A stretch of 60,799 nucleotides of DNA from an uncultured Candidatus Saccharibacteria bacterium (GTDB taxonomy: Bacteria > Patescibacteriota > Minisyncoccia > Phycocordibacterales > UBA1550): NCBI GenBank assembly GCA_964457625.1, contig CAYWES010000001.1, positions 83,725 to 144,523 of the forward strand. Reading direction: 5' to 3'. Below the pieces are notes generated by a model. It saw nothing but the letters and a program-made list of their open reading frames with translations. It ran no database searches and was not told the origin of the DNA. The translations under genes and the position numbers were made by a program. This document shows, in pieces, positions 8,874 through 18,615 of the stretch. Position 1 is the stretch's first letter, and each line of letters begins with the position of its first letter.

Positions 8874-10550
8874 ATGATAATGCCTCTTTGGAATCTTTTT
8901 TCTCAAATCCCAACCCTCGGGTGGAGCATGATTCTCTTTGGGGCAGCGTGTTGTTTTTTCATGATTCTTATCTTCGCGGAAGACAAGAAAAAGGGGAGCA
9001 ATAAAGCACTCCTTCTTTTGAGCGCGATTATTCTTTGCTGGGGTCTCATGTACTGGGTCTGGGTCGTATCGTCGGGTGACATAATCCGAGAGCGAATACT
9101 CATACTGTTTTACAGTATTACGGCGCTCATTCCTCCCGCAACACTCCTTTTGACGTATCTTTTTGCTTATCAAGAAGAGGCGCTTGCGGAGATTCCCAAA
9201 AAAGCCGCAGCTGTCCTCCTCCCGTATATCACCCTCGTCATACTCATGCTTGCGTTCCCGGGGTTTATCGTAGGATATAATGCGCAGGCGATACATGCCC
9301 CTCTCGTGTTTGGAGGAGGGTTCGCCTTGTTCGCATTATACGCACTTGTGTGTCTGTCGCTGGGATTTTATCTCCTCTATAAAAAGTACGCGAGAAGCGC
9401 GGGTATATTCATTGCGGAGCTCAGGTATCTCCTCGCGATATTTATTGTTGCCGGGGGCTTTGGGCTCTGGTTTGCAATCTTTTTGCCATTATTTTCGCAC
9501 AACCTTGATCTCTTTTGGGTGGGACATCTGGGGGTCGTCACGTTCCTTTTCTTGTCCGGTCTTTTTACGATTCGCTACAATTTCTGGAGCTTCAAGGTAA
9601 TCGCAACGGAATTCTTCGTCTCGTTCATTCTCGTTATTTTGCTCGTTGAGCTCTTTTTGGCAACCTCACTCTTGGACCTTTTTATGCGCACAAGTATTGC
9701 GTTTTTGATTTTGTGCGCAGGGTTTTTTCTTATCAATAGCATTAAGCGTGAGTTTGATTCACAAAATAGAATCAGACACTTGCTCCATGATTTGGATGAA
9801 GTCAATGCGCGCTTGAAGATTCTTGATAGAAAGAAATCAGAGTTTTTGCTCACTGCGTCACACCACCTCCGCGACCCGCTCACGTCAATAAAGGGGTATG
9901 CGTCTATGATTGCAGAAGGATCTTTTGGTCCCGTTGACGCACCGATGAAAGAAGCGCTCACAAAAATCTTTGATTCAAGCAAGCAACTTGTTACCGTTAT
10001 CTCAGACTTTCTTGATATTTCGTCTATTGAATCAGGAGATATCAAATATGAATTTGCGCGCGTTGATATGGGAGATCTCGTTTCCGGTCTCGCGCTTGAT
10101 ATGCAACTCTATGCAAAAAATGCGGGCATTACTTTGGAATCAGCCATTGATACTCCCGCGGGAGGGCTTTGGGTCAGAGGAGATTATGGCAAACTCCGCC
10201 AAGTGTGCTCAAACCTGATTGATAATGCGATCAAATATACACCCCAGGGTACGGTCACGGTGGGGCTTGCCAAAAGTGATGACGGAAAGGATGTCGTCTT
10301 TTCTGTCACGGACACGGGTATTGGTATGAGTGCGGAGACAAGGAAAAAGCTTTTCAAAAAATTTAGCCGAGCACAAGGTGTAAGCAAAGTGTATACAGAA
10401 GGCACCGGCCTCGGCCTCTATGTGGCAAAGGAAATTATCAAGAAACATAAAGGCAAAATATGGGCGGAGTCATCAGGAGAAGGAAAGGGGTCGTCGTTTC
10501 TCGTATCTTTGCCTATTCAGACACAAACAGCTGATGCTGACCCAGCCTAG
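8874..10550 (+). CDS. Sensor histidine kinase with a multi-pass N-terminal membrane domain (canonical catalytic core)
   Basis: H-box SHHLRDPLTSIKGY, N-box LIDNAIKYT, G1 VTDTGIGM and G2 GTGLGLYVAKEII. Confidence 0.9.
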   Translation: MIMPLWNLFSQIPTLGWSMILFGAACCFFMILIFAEDKKKGSNKALLLLSAIILCWGLMYWVWVVSSGDIIRERILILFYSITALIPPATLLLTYLFAYQEEALAEIPKKAAAVLLPYITLVILMLAFPGFIVGYNAQAIHAPLVFGGGFALFALYALVCLSLGFYLLYKKYARSAGIFIAELRYLLAIFIVAGGFGLWFAIFLPLFSHNLDLFWVGHLGVVTFLFLSGLFTIRYNFWSFKVIATEFFVSFILVILLVELFLATSLLDLFMRTSIAFLILCAGFFLINSIKREFDSQNRIRHLLHDLDEVNARLKILDRKKSEFLLTASHHLRDPLTSIKGYASMIAEGSFGPVDAPMKEALTKIFDSSKQLVTVISDFLDISSIESGDIKYEFARVDMGDLVSGLALDMQLYAKNAGITLESAIDTPAGGLWVRGDYGKLRQVCSNLIDNAIKYTPQGTVTVGLAKSDDGKDVVFSVTDTGIGMSAETRKKLFKKFSRAQGVSKVYTEGTGLGLYVAKEIIKKHKGKIWAESSGEGKGSSFLVSLPIQTQTADADPA

Positions 10551-10587
10551 ATAGTCCTCTTGGGACCTTTAAATAACGGCGCTTTTT

Positions 10588-10596
10588 TGATATACT
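10588..10596 (+). promoter_or_regulatory. Extended -10 box TGaTATACT, 6 nt upstream of the ATG at 10603
   Basis: Read directly from the sequence. It is identical to the box at 8859. Confidence 0.5.
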
Positions 10597-10602
10597 GCCT
10601 CC

Positions 10603-11580
10603 ATGAATAAAAGATTGCTTTCGGGAGTGAAGCCGACAGGGGTTGTCCATTTGGGCAACTATTTTGGTGCAATGAAGCAATTCGTGGATCTCCAAGAAAA
10701 GTACGAGTCACTCATTTTTATTGCCAATTATCACGCACTTACGAGTATAGAGGATGGAGAGAAGCTCAAGGTACTCACCCTGGACCTCGCAATGGATTAT
10801 TTAGCAATTGGCATTGATCCTAAAAAAACAACGCTATTTCTTCAGTCCGATGTGCCTGAAGTTACGGAGCTCTGTTGGATTTTCAACAACATCACCACGA
10901 TGCCGTATCTCATGCGCGCACATGCATACAAAGACGCCGAGGCGAAAAACAAAGAGGTGAACGTAGGACTCTTTGATTATCCTATTCTCATGGCGGCGGA
11001 TATTTTGATCTATGGTGCCGACGTCGTGCCGGTAGGACAAGACCAAAAACAACACGTCGAGATTACGCGTGACACGGCAGAAAAGTTTAATCGTATCTTT
11101 GGCGAGACCTTCAAAATGCCTGAGCCTGTCATCCTTGACGCGGTAAAGACCGTCCCTGGTACCGACGGGCGCAAGATGAGCAAGAGCTACAACAACGGCA
11201 TCTCACTTTTTGCTTCTGATGAGGAAATCAAAAAAGCCGTGATGAGTATTCCTACCGACTCAAAGGGTATTGAAGAGCCAAAAGACCCCACGACATGCAA
11301 AGTATTTGCATTCCACGAGCTTCTCGGAGCGTCTGACCTTGAGGAGGTGCGCGAGCGATACATCAAGGGAGGTATTGGTTACAAAGAATCCAAAGAGATT
11401 CTCATCAAAAACATGATTTCGTTTATAGCGCCTCTCCGTACGCGCCGCGAAGAGATTGCGCGTAATCCTGAAAAAGTCCTCGCCATTCTTCGTGAGGGTG
11501 GAGAAAAGGCACGTCGTATGGCTCAGGAAACCTTGCGTGACGTGAGAGCGCGTGTAGGGCTTGAGGTAGGAACAAACTAA
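10603..11580 (+). CDS. trpS: Tryptophan--tRNA ligase
   Basis: Class I aaRS of TrpRS size (325 aa), with an HLGNY (HIGH-like) motif and KMSKS. Confidence 0.95.
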   Translation: MNKRLLSGVKPTGVVHLGNYFGAMKQFVDLQEKYESLIFIANYHALTSIEDGEKLKVLTLDLAMDYLAIGIDPKKTTLFLQSDVPEVTELCWIFNNITTMPYLMRAHAYKDAEAKNKEVNVGLFDYPILMAADILIYGADVVPVGQDQKQHVEITRDTAEKFNRIFGETFKMPEPVILDAVKTVPGTDGRKMSKSYNNGISLFASDEEIKKAVMSIPTDSKGIEEPKDPTTCKVFAFHELLGASDLEEVRERYIKGGIGYKESKEILIKNMISFIAPLRTRREEIARNPEKVLAILREGGEKARRMAQETLRDVRARVGLEVGTN

Positions 11581-11592
11581 TTACAAAACATT

Positions 11593-12918
11593 ATGGCACG
11601 CGTATACATCAAAGATTTAAAAGATTATATCGGGAAGGAGGTAACTATCGCGGGATGGGTTGATATTCGTCGCGACCATGGGAAGCTCATCTTCCTTGAG
11701 CTCCGCGACGTCAGCGGTAAAGTGCAAATGGTGGCACTCCCAAATCATGCTGAAGCGCACACACTCGCAGGGACTGTTCGTTCTGAGTGGGTTCTTGAAA
11801 TTCGTGGACAAGTAAACGCACGCCCGGAGCGTAATGTGAAAGAGGGCCTCAATGGTAACTTGGAGATTGAAATGCTTGAGGTAAGGGTTCTCGGTCAAGC
11901 TCAAGAGCTCCCATTTGAATTGAGTGCTGAAGTCAACCTCGATACGTATCTCGACCACCTTCCGCTCACGCTTCGCAGTGCTAAAGCGAGTGCAGTTTTT
12001 AAAGTACAGGCGGTCATCGTCGCGGCATTTCGTGAGTTCCTGATGTCTCAAGGATTCACTGAATTCCAAGCACCAAAACTCATTGGTGAAGATGCCGAAG
12101 GTGGTGCAAACTCTTTTGATGTAACATATTTCGGACATGTAGCACACCTCGGTCAGAGCCCCCAGCTCTACAAGCAGATTATGGTGGGCGTGTTTGAGCG
12201 CGTATTTTCTACAGGTAACGTGTATCGTGCAGAAAAACATGCGACCACGCGCCATATCAATGAATACACAAGTCTTGATATTGAAATGGGTTTTATCAAA
12301 GACCACACGGATATCATGGAAATGGAGAACAAGATTCTCGCGTTTATCATGAAGAAGATTTCGGAAACATGTGCGGAGGAGGTTGCACTCTTGGGCTCAA
12401 CGATCCCAAATGTACCCGAGCAAATTCCACGCCTCAAGCTTCGTGAAGCGCAAGAGATTATCAAAAAGGAAACAGGGGAGGACTGCACCAATGAACCAGA
12501 TCTCGAGCCTGCGCATGAACGCTTTCTTTGTGAGTATGCAAAAAAGACCTGGGACTCTGATTTCCTCTTTGTGACACATTTTCCGGTTTCAAAACGCCCC
12601 TTCTACACGTATGAAGATGAAGAAGACCCTGGGTTTACAAAGGGAGCCGACCTTTTGTTCCGTGGTATTGAAATTACGACGCTCGCTCAGCGTATCCACG
12701 ACTACGATACTCTTGTCACCGCAATGAAGGCAAAAGGACTTGACCCTCAAAAATTCCGCTACTATCTCCAAGCCTTTAAATACGGTATGCCCCCTCATGG
12801 TGGTTTTGGTCTTGGGCTTGAGCGTCTCACCGCAAAACTCCTTGGTATTGATAATGTAAAAGAAGCGACCCTGTTTCCACGCGATATCAATCGTATCGAC
12901 AACCTTCTTTCTGAATAA
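11593..12918 (+). CDS. aspS: Aspartate--tRNA ligase, archaeal/eukaryal type (type 2, 441 aa)
   Basis: N-terminal OB fold and a class II core. Motif 3 region GGFGLGLERL followed by FPRD. It lacks the bacterial GAD insertion, hence the short length. Confidence 0.92.
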   Translation: MARVYIKDLKDYIGKEVTIAGWVDIRRDHGKLIFLELRDVSGKVQMVALPNHAEAHTLAGTVRSEWVLEIRGQVNARPERNVKEGLNGNLEIEMLEVRVLGQAQELPFELSAEVNLDTYLDHLPLTLRSAKASAVFKVQAVIVAAFREFLMSQGFTEFQAPKLIGEDAEGGANSFDVTYFGHVAHLGQSPQLYKQIMVGVFERVFSTGNVYRAEKHATTRHINEYTSLDIEMGFIKDHTDIMEMENKILAFIMKKISETCAEEVALLGSTIPNVPEQIPRLKLREAQEIIKKETGEDCTNEPDLEPAHERFLCEYAKKTWDSDFLFVTHFPVSKRPFYTYEDEEDPGFTKGADLLFRGIEITTLAQRIHDYDTLVTAMKAKGLDPQKFRYYLQAFKYGMPPHGGFGLGLERLTAKLLGIDNVKEATLFPRDINRIDNLLSE

Positions 12919-12926
12919 AATTACCC

Positions 12927-13670
12927 ATGGCAACAGGCTACAATGTAAAACTTGAGACATTTGAAGGACCGCTAGAGCTTTTGCTGGATCTCATTGAGAA
13001 ACGGAAACTTTTTATCAATGAAATTTCGCTCGCGCAGATTGCCGATGACTATATTGAGGAGCTCAAGAAGTTTGAGTCCTTCCCCGTAAATTTCGTATCA
13101 AATTTTCTTGTAGTCGCGGCGACGCTTGTCTTGGTTAAATCAAAATCCCTTCTCCCCACACTTTCGCTTACCCCGGAAGAGACACAAGATATTAAAGAGC
13201 TTGAGGATCGCCTCAAAGAATATCAGCGCATTCGAGAGCTTTCTCTCCACATCAAATATCGTTTTGGGAAGACGCCTATTTTCTCACAAGGCATGCGTCG
13301 TAAAGAAGTTGTTTTTACTCCCACACAAGAGATACAGTCGCTTGGCCTCGTATCTGCTCTCCGTGATGTTATTGCGCGCTTTCCTCAAAAGACCGCCTTG
13401 CCAAAGGTCCTTGTAAAGAAAGTCGTTTCTCTCGAAGAGGTTATGGACAAGCTCGCGACGCGCATTACCTCGCACATGCGTATGAGTTTCAAGGAATTTG
13501 CAGGGGTAGGAAAAGAGGAGAAGGTAAATGTGATTGTAAGTTTTCTTGCAATGCTTGAGCTTGTAAAGCAGGGTGTTATCGCGGTGACACAGCATCAAAT
13601 CGGTGAGGATATAGAAATAGAAACAAACGTCGTCAGCACTCCCGCGTACGGTGTGGGTCCCACGACATAG
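12927..13670 (+). CDS. scpA: Segregation and condensation protein A
   Basis: N-terminus (FEGPLELLLDLIEKRKL.I.EISLAQI.DDY) is typical of the ScpA kleisin. It is followed by scpB. Confidence 0.9.
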   Translation: MATGYNVKLETFEGPLELLLDLIEKRKLFINEISLAQIADDYIEELKKFESFPVNFVSNFLVVAATLVLVKSKSLLPTLSLTPEETQDIKELEDRLKEYQRIRELSLHIKYRFGKTPIFSQGMRRKEVVFTPTQEIQSLGLVSALRDVIARFPQKTALPKVLVKKVVSLEEVMDKLATRITSHMRMSFKEFAGVGKEEKVNVIVSFLAMLELVKQGVIAVTQHQIGEDIEIETNVVSTPAYGVGPTT

Positions 13671-13691
13671 TGTGGTAGTATAAAGAGAATT

Positions 13692-14285
13692 ATGAGTGAA
13701 TCATTGTCCATCCAAGCGCAAATAGAATCAATTCTTTTCTTCAAGGGAGAGCCTGTTGCGATTTCGCTTTTGAGCTCCGTTTTAAAAATCTCCCCCGAAG
13801 TCGTAGAGCAGGAAATCCAAAAGCTCGAAGAATATTTTTTGAGAGAAGGGCGGGGGATTGTGCTCCTCAGAAATGGAGACAAAGTTTCTCTCGGCACGAC
13901 CCCCTTCATGCATGAGCTCATTGAGGCTCTCAGAAAGGAGGAACTTGGAAAAGAGCTCGGAAAGGCAGGTCTTGAGACCCTTGCGCTCGTGCTCTATCGT
14001 GGACCTATTTCTCGCGCGGAAATAAACCATATTCGAGGAGTAAACTCAAACTACACCCTGCGAAATCTTTTGGTGCGAGGCTTGATTGAAAAAGATGAGT
14101 CAAAGGGCGTTCGTGGCGCGCTCTACAAACCAACCTTTGAGCTCCTGGCTCATATGGGGATTACAAAGATAGAGGACTTGCCGGAATATCAGACGCTCAA
14201 TCAAGAAGTGGCTACGTTTGTTGAGGCTGACAAGGAGGACACCTACGAAGAAGATGAAGTTCTTGATGAGGTCGTCGAGGAATAG
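13692..14285 (+). CDS. scpB: Segregation and condensation protein B
   Basis: Tandem winged-helix ScpB pattern (IESILFFKGEPV ... ETLALVLYRGPISRAEI..IRGV). Acidic tail. Confidence 0.9.
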   Translation: MSESLSIQAQIESILFFKGEPVAISLLSSVLKISPEVVEQEIQKLEEYFLREGRGIVLLRNGDKVSLGTTPFMHELIEALRKEELGKELGKAGLETLALVLYRGPISRAEINHIRGVNSNYTLRNLLVRGLIEKDESKGVRGALYKPTFELLAHMGITKIEDLPEYQTLNQEVATFVEADKEDTYEEDEVLDEVVEE

Positions 14286-14294
14286 GAACATATT

Positions 14295-15275
14295 ATGAAG
14301 GATTATATTTCCCCCATACTCGAGCAAGCTCGACACAGATTGGCATTTCTCCTCCTTGGGATTGCGAGCATGGTGGTCATTGTGGGTACGTTGCTCGTGA
14401 TAGGGACACAAGAAACCTCTGCAACGCGGGATAATCCAGAAGAGATTTCTTCTCTCGAGGAAGAAGCACCCGACCCCTTCAAAGACATTCGTCTTGAAGC
14501 TCGGGGAGCATATGTCTTTGACCTTGCAAGAAACGAAGTACTCTTTGCACAAAACGAAAACGAACAGTTACCCCTTGCTTCTCTAACAAAAATTATGACG
14601 GCGCTTGTCGCGTATGATTCACTGAATCCAAGCGCGCTCATTACGATAATTCCCAGAGATCTTTTGGAGGAAGGGGATTCAGGGTTGTACGTGGATGAGC
14701 GTTGGCGTATGGAAAACCTCATTGATGTAATGCTCATCGTTTCATCAAATGACGCGGCATATGCCGTTGCTCGCTTTGTAGGAAGCGCGGGAAATACACA
14801 GACAGAGCAGTCTCTCGGCTACGACCGTTTCATCTCTGCTATGAACGAAAAGGCACAAGAGCTCGAGCTTGATTCATTACAGTTTTATAATTCTTCAGGA
14901 CTTGATCTCGTAAAAGATGCGACCCCTGTCGTCTCAGGAGGATATGGCTCTGCGCGCGATATGGGACTTCTCCTTGCGCGTCTTTTCCAAAATCATCCCA
15001 CCTCTCTTGAAGCAACACGCCGTGACGTGCTTCACGTGGTCTCGCAAAGCAATCTCTCCCATACGTTTAGAAATACCAACTCTCTTTTGGGAGAATACCC
15101 CGGACTCATTGGCTCAAAAACGGGCTTTACCGATCTTGCGGGGGGGAATCTGGCACTCCTTATCAATATAGGGATTGACCACCCCGTGGTCGCGGTGGTT
15201 TTGGGCTCCACACGAGAGGGGAGGTTTTCTGACATGCGAAAGCTCACCGCTGCGACTATCAAGTATTTTGAGTAA
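14295..15275 (+). CDS. D-alanyl-D-alanine carboxypeptidase (S11 penicillin-binding protein)
   Basis: SxxK (SLTKIMT), SxN (SSND) and KTG (SKTGFT) motifs, plus an N-terminal membrane anchor. Confidence 0.85.
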   Translation: MKDYISPILEQARHRLAFLLLGIASMVVIVGTLLVIGTQETSATRDNPEEISSLEEEAPDPFKDIRLEARGAYVFDLARNEVLFAQNENEQLPLASLTKIMTALVAYDSLNPSALITIIPRDLLEEGDSGLYVDERWRMENLIDVMLIVSSNDAAYAVARFVGSAGNTQTEQSLGYDRFISAMNEKAQELELDSLQFYNSSGLDLVKDATPVVSGGYGSARDMGLLLARLFQNHPTSLEATRRDVLHVVSQSNLSHTFRNTNSLLGEYPGLIGSKTGFTDLAGGNLALLINIGIDHPVVAVVLGSTREGRFSDMRKLTAATIKYFE

Positions 15276-15323
15276 ATAAAGGACTTTTTCTTTTATCTCA
15301 TTGTTTAGTATACTTACTCCTAT

Positions 15324-16373
15324 ATGGACCTCATTAAGATTTTTCTTCCCACAGTACTCTCGTTTTGTATTGGTATGGCGCTCACCCCATACCTCCTTAC
15401 ATTTCTCCATCGTCATAAAATGTGGAAGAAAAAAAGTGTCTCTATGGCAACTGATGGGGGCACAGCCACGTTGACAAACAGTCTTCATAACGACGAAGAA
15501 CGAAAAACACCTCGCATGGGAGGAATTATTATATGGGCGTCGGTTTTTGTCACGACCTTCCTTTTAGCATTGTTGGGGCTAATATTCCCCGAGACGGTTT
15601 TTGAAAAGCTTTCATTCTTGTCCCGCAATCAAACGTGGCTCCCACTCTTTACCCTTATCGCCGGGGGAATGTTTGGTCTCATTGATGATTATCTTGTTTG
15701 CAATGATCGCGGATCATACAAGGGAGGAGGACTTTCTCTCCGCGCGCGATTGGCGTTTGTGATGGCACTCGGCGCACTCGGTGCATGGTGGTTTTATGCA
15801 AAGCTTGGCATGGCGAGCATCTACATTCCGTTTGTAGGAGATTTTTATGTGGGATTTTTCTTTATCCCTCTGTTTATATTCACCATGATTGCCATGTACT
15901 CCGGGGGAGTTATTGATGGTGTTGATGGGCTTTCCGGAGGGGTTTTTGCCACGATATTTGGTGCGTACGCGGTTATTGCGTTTACGGCGGGGCAGGTGGA
16001 TATTGCGGCATTTACCATGGTAGTAATTGGAGGTATTCTTGCCTTCCTTTGGTCAAACATTCCTCCGGCAAAGTTTTTTAATTCAGAGACGGGGACGATG
16101 GCGCTTACAACCTGTATTACCGTTATCGCGTTCCTTACCAATGCAGTCGCGGTACTTCCGCTCATTGCATTCCTCCCGCTTCTTTCAGCTGCTTCAAGTC
16201 TCATACAGATTGCTTCAAAGAAATTACGCGGAGGAAAGAAAGTATTTCTCGTCGCGCCAATCCACAACCATTTTCAACTCAAAGGCTGGTCGCCTTATCA
16301 GGTAACGATGAGGTACTGGATCCTTTCTATCATGTGCGCGGTTGTCGGGACGATAATTGTCCTTGTTGGCTAA
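15324..16373 (+). CDS. mraY: Phospho-N-acetylmuramoyl-pentapeptide transferase
   Basis: Polytopic membrane protein of MraY size, with conserved Asp-rich loops (GLIDDY, DGVDGL) and the HHH-like NHF region (PIHNHFQLKGW). Confidence 0.93.
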   Translation: MDLIKIFLPTVLSFCIGMALTPYLLTFLHRHKMWKKKSVSMATDGGTATLTNSLHNDEERKTPRMGGIIIWASVFVTTFLLALLGLIFPETVFEKLSFLSRNQTWLPLFTLIAGGMFGLIDDYLVCNDRGSYKGGGLSLRARLAFVMALGALGAWWFYAKLGMASIYIPFVGDFYVGFFFIPLFIFTMIAMYSGGVIDGVDGLSGGVFATIFGAYAVIAFTAGQVDIAAFTMVVIGGILAFLWSNIPPAKFFNSETGTMALTTCITVIAFLTNAVAVLPLIAFLPLLSAASSLIQIASKKLRGGKKVFLVAPIHNHFQLKGWSPYQVTMRYWILSIMCAVVGTIIVLVG

Positions 16374-16379
16374 AATCCT

Positions 16380-17489
16380 ATGGCTCGAGAGAAAGGTAAA
16401 CAGCATATCGACAAACCTCTCTTGTTTCTTACCGCAGCGCTTGCTTCTGTAGGATTTTTCATTTTCACCTCTGCTTCGTTCGGGCTTTTCGCGCGAAAAG
16501 GATTTTCTCTTCAAGAACTTTTTTTTGATCAAATGATTCTCGGGCTGTTGCTTGGTATCGCCGCACTGTTCATTGTGTCGCGTATTCCTCTTAAGTTTTT
16601 CCGCACCTACTCCCTCTATTTTTTCCTAGGTTCTCTTGTGCTCAGCCTTCTTGTGTGGTTCCCGGGATTGGGGATTGAGCACGGTGGCGCACGACGATGG
16701 ATTGCATGGGGCGGGGTTTCTTTTCAACCATCAGTGCTCTTGAATTTTTGTACCGTCGTATATCTTGCGGCGCTTCTCCCGCTCGTACGCCATCGTCTTG
16801 GCGAGATTAAATATGCCCTTGGTGTGGCGGTGGGGGTACTGATTCTCCCCGGGGCAATCCTTCTTTCTCAACCTGACACGGGTACATTTGGAGTACTCTT
16901 TGTCGCAGTGAGTGCCATGTTGCTTGCTGCGGGGATGAAGATACGACATTTTCTCGTGCTAGGACTTCTTTCTCTTTTGGCGGTGGGGATTCTCATCCTG
17001 GCTCGTCCGTACATGAAAGAGCGTATTCTGACGTTCGTAGACCCTTCCCGTGATCCTCAAGGCGCAGGATACCAAATCCAAAAATCACTCACCGCGATAG
17101 GGTCGGGGGGTATCACAGGACGCGGATTTGGACAAAGTATCCAAAAATTCGGCTCTCTTCCCGAGCCTACAGGGGATTCGGTTTTTGCGGTCGCAAGCGA
17201 GGAATTCGGCTTTATTGGTGGCGCGGGAATCATCCTTTTGTTCCTTCTTTTTGGTATTCGTGGCCTTCAAATTGCGCGGAGAACCACGGATCCGTTCGGT
17301 GGACTTTTGGCCGTTGGAATTGTTATACTGATCGTCTGGCAGTCATTTGTAAACATCGGGGCTATGCTCGGTGTCATGCCCCTTACAGGAGTTCCTCTCG
17401 TGTTCATAAGCCATGGGGGGACGGCGCTCCTCTTTGCCTTTATTCAGGTGGGTCTTTTGCTTAATATTTCTAAAACAAAACGCATATGA
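16380..17489 (+). CDS. ftsW: SEDS-family peptidoglycan glycosyltransferase FtsW/RodA
   Basis: About 10 TM segments with conserved SEDS motifs (PSVLLNF, GYQI.QSL.AIGSGG..G.G, LPEP.TDSVFA). Located between mraY and murG. Confidence 0.9.
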   Translation: MAREKGKQHIDKPLLFLTAALASVGFFIFTSASFGLFARKGFSLQELFFDQMILGLLLGIAALFIVSRIPLKFFRTYSLYFFLGSLVLSLLVWFPGLGIEHGGARRWIAWGGVSFQPSVLLNFCTVVYLAALLPLVRHRLGEIKYALGVAVGVLILPGAILLSQPDTGTFGVLFVAVSAMLLAAGMKIRHFLVLGLLSLLAVGILILARPYMKERILTFVDPSRDPQGAGYQIQKSLTAIGSGGITGRGFGQSIQKFGSLPEPTGDSVFAVASEEFGFIGGAGIILLFLLFGIRGLQIARRTTDPFGGLLAVGIVILIVWQSFVNIGAMLGVMPLTGVPLVFISHGGTALLFAFIQVGLLLNISKTKRI

Positions 17490-18613
17490 AAGTAGTCTTT
17501 ACCGGAGGGGGCACAGGAGGGCATTTTTATCCTCTCATTGCCGTCGCTCAAAAACTCCACACCATTCTTGAGGCAGAAAAAATCGCAAACGTGGAGTTTG
17601 TGTTTATGTCTGTCGATCCGTACAACGAGGATGTCTTGAAGCAGAATAACATTGCCTTTAAGCGTGTTACGGCAGGGAAGATGCGCACCTATTTTTCTCT
17701 TGAGAATATTACCGATGTCTTCAAAACTTTTTTTGGAACCATAAAAGCAATTTTCCAGATTTTTTCATTGTACCCTGATATTATTTTCAGTAAGGGAGGC
17801 TACCCGAGCTTTCCTGTTTTGGTCGCGGCGCGTTTTTTCAGAATTCCCGTGATTGTGCATGAGTCTGACAGTGCCCCCGGGAGAGTAAACGCATGGTCGG
17901 GTAAGTTTGCACAAAAGATAGCTATCTCGTACCCTGATGCTTCGCAATATTTCCCGGAAGGGAAGACGGCACTCACCGGAAACCCTATCAGAGAAGAGCT
18001 CATCCGTCCTTCTGAAAAGGATCCTTTTGCAGAGCTCGGTCTTGAGCCGGGTGTTCCCGTGCTTTTTGTCCTCGGCGGGTCTCAGGGTGCGCAAAAAATC
18101 AACGACACCATCGTCACCCTCGCACCTCGTTTGATTGAGCATTATCAGGTCATCCATCAAGCAGGCCCCACTAATGAAGTAGAGGTAAAAACCCTCGTGC
18201 ATGGACTCACCGCGAAAAGTCCCAAGGCTTCTCGATACAATGTATACGGCTACTTGGATTCACGTACGATGAAGCTTGCGGCAGAGGCCTCATCCCTTGT
18301 GGTATCGCGCGCGGGATCAGCTATTTTTGAGATTGCGGCGTGGGGGATTCCTGCTATCTTGGTGCCCATTGCCGTCTCCAATGCCGACCATCAGCGTAGT
18401 AATGCCTTTGCATACGCGCGTACGGGCGCGGCAAATGTCATTGAGGAAGCAAATCTCTCTCCTCACCTCATGTTTTCAGAGATTGAGCGCCTCATGGGTG
18501 ATCAGGAGAAACGTAATGAGATGAAAACCGCGGCACTTGACTTTGCCGAGCTCGACGCGGCGGAAAAAATAGCACGAGAAATCTCCCGTGTACTCCTTCG
18601 TCATCAGAAATAG
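17486..18613 (+). CDS. murG: Lipid II synthase MurG (UDP-GlcNAc transferase)
   Basis: GGTGGH motif at the N-terminus and GT28 architecture. ATGA overlap with ftsW. Confidence 0.93.
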   Translation: MKVVFTGGGTGGHFYPLIAVAQKLHTILEAEKIANVEFVFMSVDPYNEDVLKQNNIAFKRVTAGKMRTYFSLENITDVFKTFFGTIKAIFQIFSLYPDIIFSKGGYPSFPVLVAARFFRIPVIVHESDSAPGRVNAWSGKFAQKIAISYPDASQYFPEGKTALTGNPIREELIRPSEKDPFAELGLEPGVPVLFVLGGSQGAQKINDTIVTLAPRLIEHYQVIHQAGPTNEVEVKTLVHGLTAKSPKASRYNVYGYLDSRTMKLAAEASSLVVSRAGSAIFEIAAWGIPAILVPIAVSNADHQRSNAFAYARTGAANVIEEANLSPHLMFSEIERLMGDQEKRNEMKTAALDFAELDAAEKIAREISRVLLRHQK

Positions 18614-18615
18614 TC

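Noticed and set aside
17486-17489. Possibility of an alternative genetic code (UGA recoding, as in some CPR lineages such as Absconditabacteria and Gracilibacteria).
   Set aside because: Family-length proteins terminate at TGA where expected, for example ftsW at the ATGA overlap with murG and NUDIX at the ATGA overlap with ATP-grasp. No conserved gene is interrupted by an in-frame TGA. The standard code fits.
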